Source: Pseudobacteriovorax sp.
GTDB taxonomy: Bacteria; Bdellovibrionota_B; Oligoflexia; Oligoflexales; Oligoflexaceae
Direction of reading: 5' to 3'
NCBI GenBank assembly: GCA_050293845.1
Contig: JBNKNM010000066.1
Coordinates: 1-25,792 of the forward strand
DNA length: 25,792 nt
A program made the translations under genes and the position numbers. Below are positions 1-8,162 of the stretch, one piece after another. The notes under the pieces are model-generated. The model did no database searches. It was not told the origin of the DNA and saw only the letters and a program-made list of their open reading frames with translations. Every line of letters starts with the position of its first letter. Position 1 is the stretch's first letter.

Positions 1-393
1 ATTTATAACTCTAGGAGTTCCACACTGCCGGACGGCTTTTTTGAAAAAGCGAAGAGCAGCTTTTTTATCTCTTTTTGCTGAAAGAAGAAACTCCACTGTA
101 TCCCCATCGGTATCGACGGCTCTGTATAACCATTTCCAGCTGCCCTTGATCTTAACGCACATCTCATTACACCGCCAGCTGTCACCCACTGGCTTTTTCT
201 TCTTGCGATACTGAGCTTCCAGCTGTGGAGTGAATTTTAAAACCCAGCGATTTATAGAAGAATGATCGACTTCGATGCCGCGCTCTTTCATCATCTCTTC
301 AAGCTGCCTATAGCTAACAGGATATCTAAGATACCATCTGACGCACTGAAGGATGATAGATTTTTCAAACTGGGAACCTTTAAAACTAACCAT
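1..393 (-). CDS. IS6 family transposase, N-terminal part, runs off the window edge; first catalytic Asp appears replaced by Asn
   Basis: Not in the ORF track. Manual translation from the ATG at 393 gives MVSFKGSQFEKSIILQCVRWYLRYPVSYRQLEEMMKERGIEVDHSSINRWVLKFTPQLE...SWRCNEMCVKIKGSWKWLYRAVDTDGDTVEFLLSAKRD, open to position 1. The VRWY, L-EMM-ERG, DHS-I-RWV and LYRAVD motifs are IS6-type. Confidence 0.95.
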   Translation of the reverse strand, partial: MVSFKGSQFEKSIILQCVRWYLRYPVSYRQLEEMMKERGIEVDHSSINRWVLKFTPQLEAQYRKKKKPVGDSWRCNEMCVKIKGSWKWLYRAVDTDGDTVEFLLSAKRDKKAALRFFKKAVRQCGTPRVIN

Positions 394-467
394 TTGACAC
401 CTCAAGACCTGTTTAGCTTGATAAAGGTATCAGGTATTTTCGATAGTTACAAGTTTGCGACGGAACC
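1..467 (-). mobile_element. IS6 family insertion sequence, left end only
   Basis: Transposase 1..393 plus terminal inverted repeat GGTTCCGTCGCAAACTT (minus strand of 451..467), similar to IS257/IS26-type ends (GGTTCTGTTGCAAAGTT / GGCACTGTTGCAAA). Confidence 0.9.
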
Positions 468-485
468 TATTAGGTTGCAGTACGG

Positions 486-510
486 TAGCCGTAGGGCGAA
501 CCCACGGCTA
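486..510. terminator. Stem-loop downstream of the 539..1849 gene; terminator or REP-like palindrome
   Basis: TAGCCGT(A)GGG-CGAA-CCC-ACGGCTA hairpin about 30 nt past the stop codon; no clear U-tract on the minus strand. Confidence 0.5.
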
Positions 511-538
511 ATATATAAGTCGAAGCCTAGTATAATTA

Positions 539-1849
539 TTATAGGTTTTCGTTGGTGGTCCAACCGGCAGTCCAGTCGTTGGCAGCGTTTTCAATAGCAC
601 CGCGGTAGTTGACCAGATCGAAGAAAGAGTCTGTGGGAAGAGCTTCACCGTTGACCACAGGTTCGCTGTAGGTAGCAAGTTCAATAGAGCTGTCATTAGC
701 TACATTGCCAGGCATTCCTAGGAAAACCGCTGTTAGATCAGCTCCATCAACAGAAGCAGTACCAGACTCGCAAGCAAGCAAAGTATTATAAATTTTAACT
801 AAACCAATATCGAAAGTTTCTTTATCGTCAACACGCAAACAAGGGCCCTTAAAGTCGCTAACGATGGCGTTATAAATACTGACGCCGGTGCCGCGGCGGA
901 AGAATAAACCATTGCCACCCTTAGCTGCCGTTAGCGACCCTAAGAATGTGAGGTTTGCAAGCGTAGGATTAGATCGGGGTAGGGCGTTGAAGTCTGCTTT
1001 TAGATTATCGGCTTCAATACCATTATTAGCTTGATCAGCAGCTTGCTTAACGTAAATATACTGACCTTTACCATGCCAACCATTTACCCAATCTAGGGAA
1101 TCATCGCGGTTTCCAGTTAATACTATATGCTTGATATTTACAGTGCCGCCAAAGAATTCAACGCCATCATCTTGATTCATATGGACTTGAACATAGTCAA
1201 CCACAGTTCCTGAGCCAACACCTTGGAAAGCAATACCATTTAATTCGTTGTCACTCGTGATTTCGTATCCTGCAAATTCAACCCTTACATATTTTAAAGT
1301 GCCACTGCTATCTTCAGGATTGTTGCCACCGTAGTAACCTGTGTTACCTTCACCTTCAGCTTGACATAGCTCAGTGCTGGCGTTGCAGCCGTTGATGGGT
1401 GCGTTGCCGTTTAAGATAAGACCACCCCAGTCGCCGCGATTGCGTTGACCTTCTTCCTTAGAAGATGTGAAAACAATGGGAGCTTCCTTGGTGCCCACAG
1501 CTTCGATTTTGGAGCCGCGGTTAACAACCAAGAAATCTTTACCAGTAGAACCGACAATTTTTGTTCCAGGCTCAATAGTTAGAATCGTGTTATCGTTATT
1601 GTCATTGCCAACGCCAACTTTGCCGCTGAGGACCCATAAGATATCGTTGGTAAGGGTGAGATCTTCTGTATAAGTACCAGAAAGTTTACAAATGAGGGGG
1701 TCAGAGGAAATGGCTTGAGTATTTTCAGGGCAATCGCCTGTTAAGTTGATCGGAGGACTGGCGTCATTGCCATTGTCTGATGATGAATCTGAACATGATA
1801 GCGGTAGTAAACCTAAAACGAGGGAAAAGGCTAGATTTGAACGTTTCAT
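539..1849 (-). CDS. Exported lipoprotein, predicted parallel beta-helix (pectin-lyase-like) fold, of the type found beside TonB-dependent receptors; function unknown
   Basis: ORF track gives 539..1855. The ATG at 1849 is preferred because of AGGAG at 1860-1856. Lipobox LPLSC followed by a Ser/Asp linker; conserved-looking motifs LTIEPGT, PIVFTS, GDWGGL, SGTLKYVRVEFAG, NELNG, DDGVEFFGG, DDSLDW, NGIEADN and C-terminal WTAGWT. Confidence 0.85.
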   Translation of the reverse strand: MKRSNLAFSLVLGLLPLSCSDSSSDNGNDASPPINLTGDCPENTQAISSDPLICKLSGTYTEDLTLTNDILWVLSGKVGVGNDNNDNTILTIEPGTKIVGSTGKDFLVVNRGSKIEAVGTKEAPIVFTSSKEEGQRNRGDWGGLILNGNAPINGCNASTELCQAEGEGNTGYYGGNNPEDSSGTLKYVRVEFAGYEITSDNELNGIAFQGVGSGTVVDYVQVHMNQDDGVEFFGGTVNIKHIVLTGNRDDSLDWVNGWHGKGQYIYVKQAADQANNGIEADNLKADFNALPRSNPTLANLTFLGSLTAAKGGNGLFFRRGTGVSIYNAIVSDFKGPCLRVDDKETFDIGLVKIYNTLLACESGTASVDGADLTAVFLGMPGNVANDSSIELATYSEPVVNGEALPTDSFFDLVNYRGAIENAANDWTAGWTTNENL

Positions 1850-1916
1850 TAACAACTCCTTGAACTTGCTCGTAACTGAGCTATGTTTTTAAGTTGATAG
1901 GAGCCTAGCAATGAAT

Positions 1917-1955
1917 TTGAAGAAATTAATAAAACCATATTAAAGAAAATATAAA
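1917..1955 (-). promoter_or_regulatory. Candidate PhoB/PhoP-type tandem box with 11-bp period
   Basis: Minus-strand hexamers TTTATA, TTTAAT, TTTATT, CTTCAA occur at exactly 11-bp spacing (plus-strand starts 1950, 1939, 1928, 1917) upstream of the lipoprotein gene. The AT-rich context weakens this call. Confidence 0.3.
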
Positions 1956-2211
1956 TTACTAATTATAGAGCAAACTCCTCATTGATTCTCATGATCTCTA
2001 TAAAATTATAATGGAAAAATTATAAATAAATTCGCGGGATAGCCGTAAGGTAGGGCAAGATGACGAGGGGGGCCTATGCGGTCTTGCTAACTGCTTTGGC
2101 TGGCTCTAATAGTTAGATATGGTTACCCGAGACCTAGCTGGCTGATGCTTGCTTTGGTCGCCAGTAGGATTCCAAATATTGTTACTTTTTCAAAGGTATA
2201 GTTAGCAGGCG

Positions 2212-2247
2212 GGCCTATCACTTTAAGATAGGCCTTTGATCTTTTTT
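2212..2247 (+). terminator. Hairpin with plus-strand T-tract in the receptor/lipoprotein intergenic region
   Basis: GGCCTATC-ACTTTAA-GATAGGCC (2212..2234) followed by TTTGATCTTTTTT. It may also act on the minus-strand receptor transcript. Confidence 0.55.
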
Positions 2248-2285
2248 AACATGGATAGCCTGGAGTGCCCAGGTGTTTCTAGTAC

Positions 2286-5200
2286 TTAAAATGAAGCAGA
2301 CAAAGACATACTATACTCGCGAGGGCGGTCCGTTCGTGAAATTTCAAAGCCATCTTGTTTTTCTTTGGCCGCAGACTTTAGCAGATTTTTTATTTTTAAA
2401 CCGAGTTTATAGTGTTCAAAGAGCTTTTGTGAAAAAGTCATGTCTAGCTGTGGGGTCGGTAACAAGTAAGCATCTGATGCTCCTAGGGTACCAATACCAG
2501 ATATCCGCTTGCCAAGTTGATTGAATAGTAAACCAAATTGAGAATGAGTCCGAAGATTGTCATAAAACAGATACAGGTTGATAACATAGGGGGATTGCCC
2601 TTGCAACGGACGTTTTGAATTGGTTTGAATGCCGCTATCTATTTGATCTTGGAGAAGCTTCACTCCTGAACTCATGTAGGTTAAATTTCCACCCGCCTTA
2701 AAATTACTGAGGGACCGGGATATCCGAGATAGGTTTTGGTGCCACTCCAATTCCAATCCAAGAATGTCTGCGCTTTTTGCTAGACCATACTCTTTCTGAA
2801 ATGTACCGGGGACAATAGTAATTTCTATGGGATTCTTCAAATTTTTCACGAAGCCAGCAATGGAAAGACTCTCATTAGCATTCCCATACCATTCGTAGCG
2901 GATATCAAGAGCATCAATTTCGGTAGTCAAAAGATCTGGGTTACCTTTGATTTCGTACCCTGTTTCATCGTCAATATAGGGAGTCGGTGATAGTTCGCGA
3001 AAATCCGGGCGAGCGACGGACTTACTAAAGCTAAGACGAACCTGACTTTGACTATCGATCTTTACTGTAGAGTTGAACGAAGGCAGCAAATAGTTGGTCT
3101 CCAGCTTGGCTACTGCTGGCTCATTATTAGGATCGAATAAAGCATAGGTATTCATATGTTGTACTGAGCTTTCGTTACGAACTCCTAAACTGACCGAGTA
3201 GGTGTCAAACAAATTGGTTTCCCACATACCATAGGCAGCATCGATAGTTTGATTGCCGGAGTAGGCGTCAGATTTCTGCGTCAATTCATTGAGGGTAAAG
3301 CCGTCATTGCCAATAAATTCAGAGGTAAGAATGTCTTCCAAAGGCATCGCCAGTGTATCGGCATCGACAGAACCATTTAACTTAAAGCCAAAGCGCCTAG
3401 TTTTACCCTTTCGGGTCTTATCAATTTGCATAGCACCTGTTTTAAACTTCATATTGAAAGAATCATTTATTGAAATGGGCAGCTCAAGATCAAAGCCTAC
3501 TTCTTTGTTTGTATCATACAATTCTGCAAAATTTCGCTTATTACTCCCCAATGTAGTGGCAAATTGGAAGCGGTCGTTGTTTTTTTCGTAGCGGTATTCA
3601 CGGGTGTCGGGTTGGTAAAGCTCAGCATTAGCGGAACCGACTCGCCAAGCCAAAGTTAAGTCGGACAAAAAGGGTAGTGTGTGTTCACCCCAAAGCTGAT
3701 TGATGATCATCTGTCGTTCCTGCCACTTTAAAGTATACTCCCGTGCCGGTCCATCCCAGTCATTAGCTTCACCATCAGTGGCGGTAGTTTGGTCGGTGGT
3801 TCTACGCAAGATGCTTACAAAGCTTTTGATTTTGTGATTCTTTTCGATATCCATGCCGACACTCGCCGAAGCGCCTGCTTTTACCAATCGTTCCGTTTCG
3901 GTAATATCGAAAAATTTGTCAAGAATTCCGCCAGGATAGTTGGCTTGGAATTTACTAGTGGTATCCCAATCATCGCCGTAAAGAGCACTGGCGGTCATAC
4001 CAACTTGAAAGTGGTTGGGATTACCAAGAGATCCACCAGTTGAGAGGGAGATACCTTTGCTGACTGGTTGAGAAACATGGTCGATATTATAGATGTCTGG
4101 AAGTGATTCTCCTAATCTTTCAAATTCTTCGGGTTTCAAACCTGTGGGGTTAACTAATTCTGAATAGGCTTGTAATTCCCTGTTTCCAGATGTTGCTACT
4201 GCAAGTGGGGCAGGCAATTTTCGGGTTCCATCATCAATCCCTAGCCAATCAGTTTCCCCACCCTTATAAGTTAGGGCCTCTTGTGAGGCGTTTGCCATAC
4301 TCGTTGACATTGACATTTTTAAGAAAAAATCTTCTGGAATTGTCTTGGTCTTAAGAAGAATATGTCCGCCTCCAAATTCTCCCAAACGGTCAGAAGATGT
4401 ACTTTTAACGACGCTGATACCTTCAAGAAGTCCGGTTGGAAACATATCCAAAGGTACAACACGCTTAGATGGGTCTGGGCTTGGCAGGTTGAAACCATTG
4501 AGTTGAGTGGTAACATAGCGCCCACCCATACCGCGAATAAAGGGATACTTTCCGCTTTGAACGGTTAGGCCCGTGACTCTTCTGATCGCCGATGCCGCAT
4601 CGCTATCGCCGGCTTTTGACATCTGTTCTGAACCAAGAACATCAACAACCTCTGCCGATAAGCGTCGTTCGTCCATTAACGAAGCCAATGATCCACGGAT
4701 ATGAGGTGCGGTAACAACAAAATCATCCAGTCTGACTCCCGCAGGTGACATGGTAAAAACATGGGTTTTGCCCCCTTCGGGAACGATGAATTCATTGATA
4801 TTTAGAGTCGAATAGCGAGGGTGGATGATGGACAGGTTATAGGTGCCCGGGGACAAGTTTAGCGTGAAATTACCACCATCATCGGATCTTGCAGTGATAC
4901 GATAGCCACGTACAAAAACCTGAGCTCCCTTTATTTTTTGGTGATCAGTTAGCGAAAGCAGCCGACCTTGAAGATGAACTTCATGTTTGTTATTTGTGAT
5001 GCTAGCAACGGCTTCTTCCTGGCTGCCAATGGGATTCTCAATGCTAAACCTTGGTAAAAGATTAGGGGCGACATTGATGGCAGCTACCGTCAATTGATTG
5101 GCTCTTATTTCAAAAGAACTTTTGCCGGAGGTGCCTTGATAAGTTATCGATAATTCGTATTGCCCAGCTGCTAAATCTATTAGAATCTGTCCATTTTCAT

Positions 5201-5366
5201 TGGATTTAAAATCACCAATTGACTTAATATGAACCAGCTGATTTTTAACAGAATTACCTTGTGAAAAAATTGTTAGATCGAGATACCCCTTACTGGCACT
5301 CCTAGCATGAATACTAATAAACCACAGCATGAAAATGCTGATTATCTTTTTCATTTTTATTTCCAT
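2286..5366 (-). CDS. TonB-dependent outer-membrane receptor with N-terminal extension (carboxypeptidase-regulatory-like domains)
   Basis: 1026 aa. Signal peptide MKKIISIF...ARSA (alternative start at 5354); TonB-box-like DDFVVTA after the extension; plug motifs DSDAASAIRRVTGLTV, IRGMGGRY, LPSPDP-KRVVPLDMFP; barrel motifs ARPDFRELSP, GNPDL, PLQGQSPY; terminal Phe. Confidence 0.97.
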   Translation of the reverse strand: MEIKMKKIISIFMLWFISIHARSASKGYLDLTIFSQGNSVKNQLVHIKSIGDFKSNENGQILIDLAAGQYELSITYQGTSGKSSFEIRANQLTVAAINVAPNLLPRFSIENPIGSQEEAVASITNNKHEVHLQGRLLSLTDHQKIKGAQVFVRGYRITARSDDGGNFTLNLSPGTYNLSIIHPRYSTLNINEFIVPEGGKTHVFTMSPAGVRLDDFVVTAPHIRGSLASLMDERRLSAEVVDVLGSEQMSKAGDSDAASAIRRVTGLTVQSGKYPFIRGMGGRYVTTQLNGFNLPSPDPSKRVVPLDMFPTGLLEGISVVKSTSSDRLGEFGGGHILLKTKTIPEDFFLKMSMSTSMANASQEALTYKGGETDWLGIDDGTRKLPAPLAVATSGNRELQAYSELVNPTGLKPEEFERLGESLPDIYNIDHVSQPVSKGISLSTGGSLGNPNHFQVGMTASALYGDDWDTTSKFQANYPGGILDKFFDITETERLVKAGASASVGMDIEKNHKIKSFVSILRRTTDQTTATDGEANDWDGPAREYTLKWQERQMIINQLWGEHTLPFLSDLTLAWRVGSANAELYQPDTREYRYEKNNDRFQFATTLGSNKRNFAELYDTNKEVGFDLELPISINDSFNMKFKTGAMQIDKTRKGKTRRFGFKLNGSVDADTLAMPLEDILTSEFIGNDGFTLNELTQKSDAYSGNQTIDAAYGMWETNLFDTYSVSLGVRNESSVQHMNTYALFDPNNEPAVAKLETNYLLPSFNSTVKIDSQSQVRLSFSKSVARPDFRELSPTPYIDDETGYEIKGNPDLLTTEIDALDIRYEWYGNANESLSIAGFVKNLKNPIEITIVPGTFQKEYGLAKSADILGLELEWHQNLSRISRSLSNFKAGGNLTYMSSGVKLLQDQIDSGIQTNSKRPLQGQSPYVINLYLFYDNLRTHSQFGLLFNQLGKRISGIGTLGASDAYLLPTPQLDMTFSQKLFEHYKLGLKIKNLLKSAAKEKQDGFEISRTDRPREYSMSLSASF

Positions 5367-5369
5367 TTC

Positions 5370-6512
5370 TTAAACACAGGATGAGTTAGATTGACATTTT
5401 GCCATTTCTTTGCGTAATGCAATTGCTTTTTTGAAAAGGTCAGTTTTTGTAATAAAAGATAGATGAGTATCGACCTTTTTATATTGTCTAGATTTGAAAA
5501 AGGCAAAGGCTAGAGCATATCTAACTTCTTCACTATCAAGAAGCCCTAATCGTAAGAGATCAGCCTCGGTTGCAGCTGCTTGTTCATATTCCCCTTGAGA
5601 TATGAGAATAGCTAACCTTTGTTGAAATTTCTTCTTTTGATCATCGACTTGGCGGTTGAGGAGCAAGGCTGTTTGGTACCAACCAGCTCGTCGATACAGT
5701 TCAGCTGCTTCAAACGTATATTTAGTGTCTCTTAGAGAAGCTTCCTGAAAAAGTTGGGCGGCATTGAGAAATTGCTTATCCTTGAGATAGGAATAGGCAA
5801 GTTGAACAGTTGGTATTATTGAAGAGGGGTTTTTCAGTCTCATGACTTCTAGAACCTTGATAGATTCCCTGGTCAGATTTTGATTCCTGAGACCGGAGGC
5901 TAGGGTGATTTTGTCATTAAGTTTTACATCGGGATTTTTAAGCTGTTGAAGAGTGAAAAGATAAGCCTGACGCTTCAAGTTTTTTGACAGTAACCAATTC
6001 GTCTTTAGTTTTAGGAACCGAAAATCGCCTTGATTGTTGGTAATTGCTTGGTTGAGATTTTTCCAAGCTTTATCCCAGTCTTCAAGGGCCCAAAGTGAGC
6101 GACACTTAATGAGTTGAATAGAAGAAATAGAATCAGCTAGGTCTTTGACTTTTTCAAAAGAGTCGAGGGTTTCTTGATAACGTTTCAATCCGAAGTAGCT
6201 TTGACCCAAATAAATAAAAATATACCGATCGTTGCTGCCGGTGTGCAACAAATTTTCAAATCCAACCAATGCTTGGTTGAATCTTTCTTGGTAAAGATGC
6301 AGAAGTGAGGAAGCAAGGAGGTATTTTTCCGAATTTTTTTCTTCTTCAGAAACTTTTTTTAAGATTTCCTCAGCCCTAGAGTAGTCTCCATCATGAACTA
6401 GTCGTCCCGCTAAGCTGAGATAGTCTATATGTTTTTCTTCCACTGCTGCAAATGTTATCCACGAAGAAAATAGGATAAGAAGCAAGCAAGGTGCTTTGAA
6501 AGTATCTTGCAT
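5370..6512 (-). CDS. Exported tetratricopeptide-repeat protein (TtpD-like position in the operon)
   Basis: The ATG at 6512 is preferred over 6560 (AGGAG upstream, no overlap with tonB). Signal peptide and TPR-like helices (YLGQSYFGLKRYQE, QLAYSYLKDKQF, YALAFAFFKSRQY). Confidence 0.88.
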   Translation of the reverse strand: MQDTFKAPCLLLILFSSWITFAAVEEKHIDYLSLAGRLVHDGDYSRAEEILKKVSEEEKNSEKYLLASSLLHLYQERFNQALVGFENLLHTGSNDRYIFIYLGQSYFGLKRYQETLDSFEKVKDLADSISSIQLIKCRSLWALEDWDKAWKNLNQAITNNQGDFRFLKLKTNWLLSKNLKRQAYLFTLQQLKNPDVKLNDKITLASGLRNQNLTRESIKVLEVMRLKNPSSIIPTVQLAYSYLKDKQFLNAAQLFQEASLRDTKYTFEAAELYRRAGWYQTALLLNRQVDDQKKKFQQRLAILISQGEYEQAAATEADLLRLGLLDSEEVRYALAFAFFKSRQYKKVDTHLSFITKTDLFKKAIALRKEMAKCQSNSSCV

Positions 6513-6523
6513 TATCGTTTCTC

Positions 6524-7147
6524 CTAGTTTAGTGCAAACTGAATCGTTTGTTCCACCCAAACGGCAACCTTATGACCTTTATTCATCCCGGGTTGGAACT
6601 TCCACTTTTTAACTGAACTAGTAGCAACAGCATCAAATATTCCTTTAGGTTCTGAAGCTACGATGTGTGTTTTTTCGACATTGCCGTTAGGGGCAACTAG
6701 TAAATTTAAGGTTACATAGCCTTTTATTCCTTGTTTTTGGGCAATTTGGGGATAATTTAAAGGTGCAGTATGAACGATGATCGGAGCTTGTTCAACGGTA
6801 TCAGCCGTCATCGCCGCATCTCTCATGTCCGCCATCAAGTTACCTCCTAGAGCGTCTTTATCTAGCCATGCAAACATCTCTAATCCAAAACTAGAACCCG
6901 CAATAATCGCATCCAAATTGGGTTGAAGTTCCTTATTTTTGTTATTCTTTTTTGGTCGGGGTTTCGGTTTTAACTTCTTTTGTTGCTTAGGTTTTTGTTG
7001 GGTAACCTGGAATTGTGTTGTGCTCTTACCCGTATTAACCCCTAAGTCAACAAAAACATGATTAAGACTAACAATAGAAATCAAAACGAAAAGTGGGCCC
7101 GCGATACAAGCGGTCGTGGCTATAATTTTTCTGATGTGGGATTTCAT
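6524..7147 (-). CDS. tonB: Energy transducer TonB, short type
   Basis: N-terminal TM helix, Lys/Pro-rich linker, C-terminal TonB domain YPQIAQKQGIKGYV...G-V...I..SEP-GIFD-VA...VKKWKFQP. Confidence 0.95.
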   Translation of the reverse strand: MKSHIRKIIATTACIAGPLFVLISIVSLNHVFVDLGVNTGKSTTQFQVTQQKPKQQKKLKPKPRPKKNNKNKELQPNLDAIIAGSSFGLEMFAWLDKDALGGNLMADMRDAAMTADTVEQAPIIVHTAPLNYPQIAQKQGIKGYVTLNLLVAPNGNVEKTHIVASEPKGIFDAVATSSVKKWKFQPGMNKGHKVAVWVEQTIQFALN

Positions 7148-7557
7148 TAGCTTACCCCTGCTTCTTTTTCAGTGGCGACACCCACATCCCTAGCTCCACC
7201 GAGGCGGCATTGATCGACAACTTCGATGAGCTTATCTGCGGGTACACCCTTATCTGTCACAACCAAAATGGGCTTTTCTGATTGACCTGCAAGGATATCT
7301 CTAATCTTGCTTTGCAAAATCCAAGGTTTAGTGAGTTGGTCATCGACATAAATATCCTGGTTGCTATCGATAAATATGCGAACTGATTTTGTTGATGCTG
7401 CACTGGCCGATGCAGCTCCAGGGCGATTAATATCTAGTTTCATATCTTTATTAAAAGTAGTACTTACCATGAAAAATATTAAAAGAATAAAAACCATATC
7501 TATGAGGGGAGAAATATCAATCCCCTGCATACCTTCTTTTTTTCGCTTTAGTTTCAT
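7147..7557 (-). CDS. exbD: Biopolymer transport protein ExbD/TolR
   Basis: IDISPLIDMVFILLIFFMVST motif containing the essential TM Asp; stop overlaps the tonB start (TAATG). Confidence 0.96.
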   Translation of the reverse strand: MKLKRKKEGMQGIDISPLIDMVFILLIFFMVSTTFNKDMKLDINRPGAASASAASTKSVRIFIDSNQDIYVDDQLTKPWILQSKIRDILAGQSEKPILVVTDKGVPADKLIEVVDQCRLGGARDVGVATEKEAGVS

Positions 7558-7569
7558 TTTCTGCTATTC

Positions 7570-8151
7570 CTATATCTGGCATACAATTTCTTTTATTTGT
7601 GCTATTTCATCCAATCGTTTAGACTCAACATTTTTGAGAAAGCGATCGCATAGAAGTCCAGGGATTGCAATTATTAGTCCCATTTGGGTGGTAATGAGTG
7701 CCTGGGAAATACCTCCGGCAATTCCTCCTGTCTGACTAAATAAGTTCATGTTCCCTAAAGACTCAAATGTTTCAATCATACCAATGACAGTTCCTAGTAA
7801 ACCCATGAGCGGTGCTATTGCCACCAGAGTTTCAATAATTGACCTGTAAGCACTGATTTCTGACTCAAGAACCTTCATTTCTTCATCAAGGATTTTTTTC
7901 CTTTTTGCAAGTGATGCAATGTCTATATGCTGCAGAGCAGCATAAGCCGCTTGGAAAAGTATTCCCGGCAATCTTCTAGGGGTGTCTTTGGCTTTAGATA
8001 CGATTCCTCGAACCGATAGTTTGGATTTTCGCTGCAAAATCATAAATCTTTGGACGGTAGCAAACCACAGTAGTCCACTTGAAAGAATTAAAGGAATACT
8101 TACCCACCCGGCGACTTTAAGAAGTTGCAGGCCTTCATTAATAAGTAGCAC
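7570..8151 (-). CDS. exbB: MotA/TolQ/ExbB proton channel, short ExbB
   Basis: APLMGLLGTVIGMIETF and GGISQALITTQMGLIIAIP motifs; GTG start with AGGAG upstream. Confidence 0.93.
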   Translation of the reverse strand: MLLINEGLQLLKVAGWVSIPLILSSGLLWFATVQRFMILQRKSKLSVRGIVSKAKDTPRRLPGILFQAAYAALQHIDIASLAKRKKILDEEMKVLESEISAYRSIIETLVAIAPLMGLLGTVIGMIETFESLGNMNLFSQTGGIAGGISQALITTQMGLIIAIPGLLCDRFLKNVESKRLDEIAQIKEIVCQI

Positions 8152-8162
8152 GTCTCAACTCC

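Noticed and set aside
3..597. Listed ORFs 3..185 (-) and 262..597 (+)
   Set aside because: Alternative-frame and antisense shadows of the IS6 transposase at 1..393.
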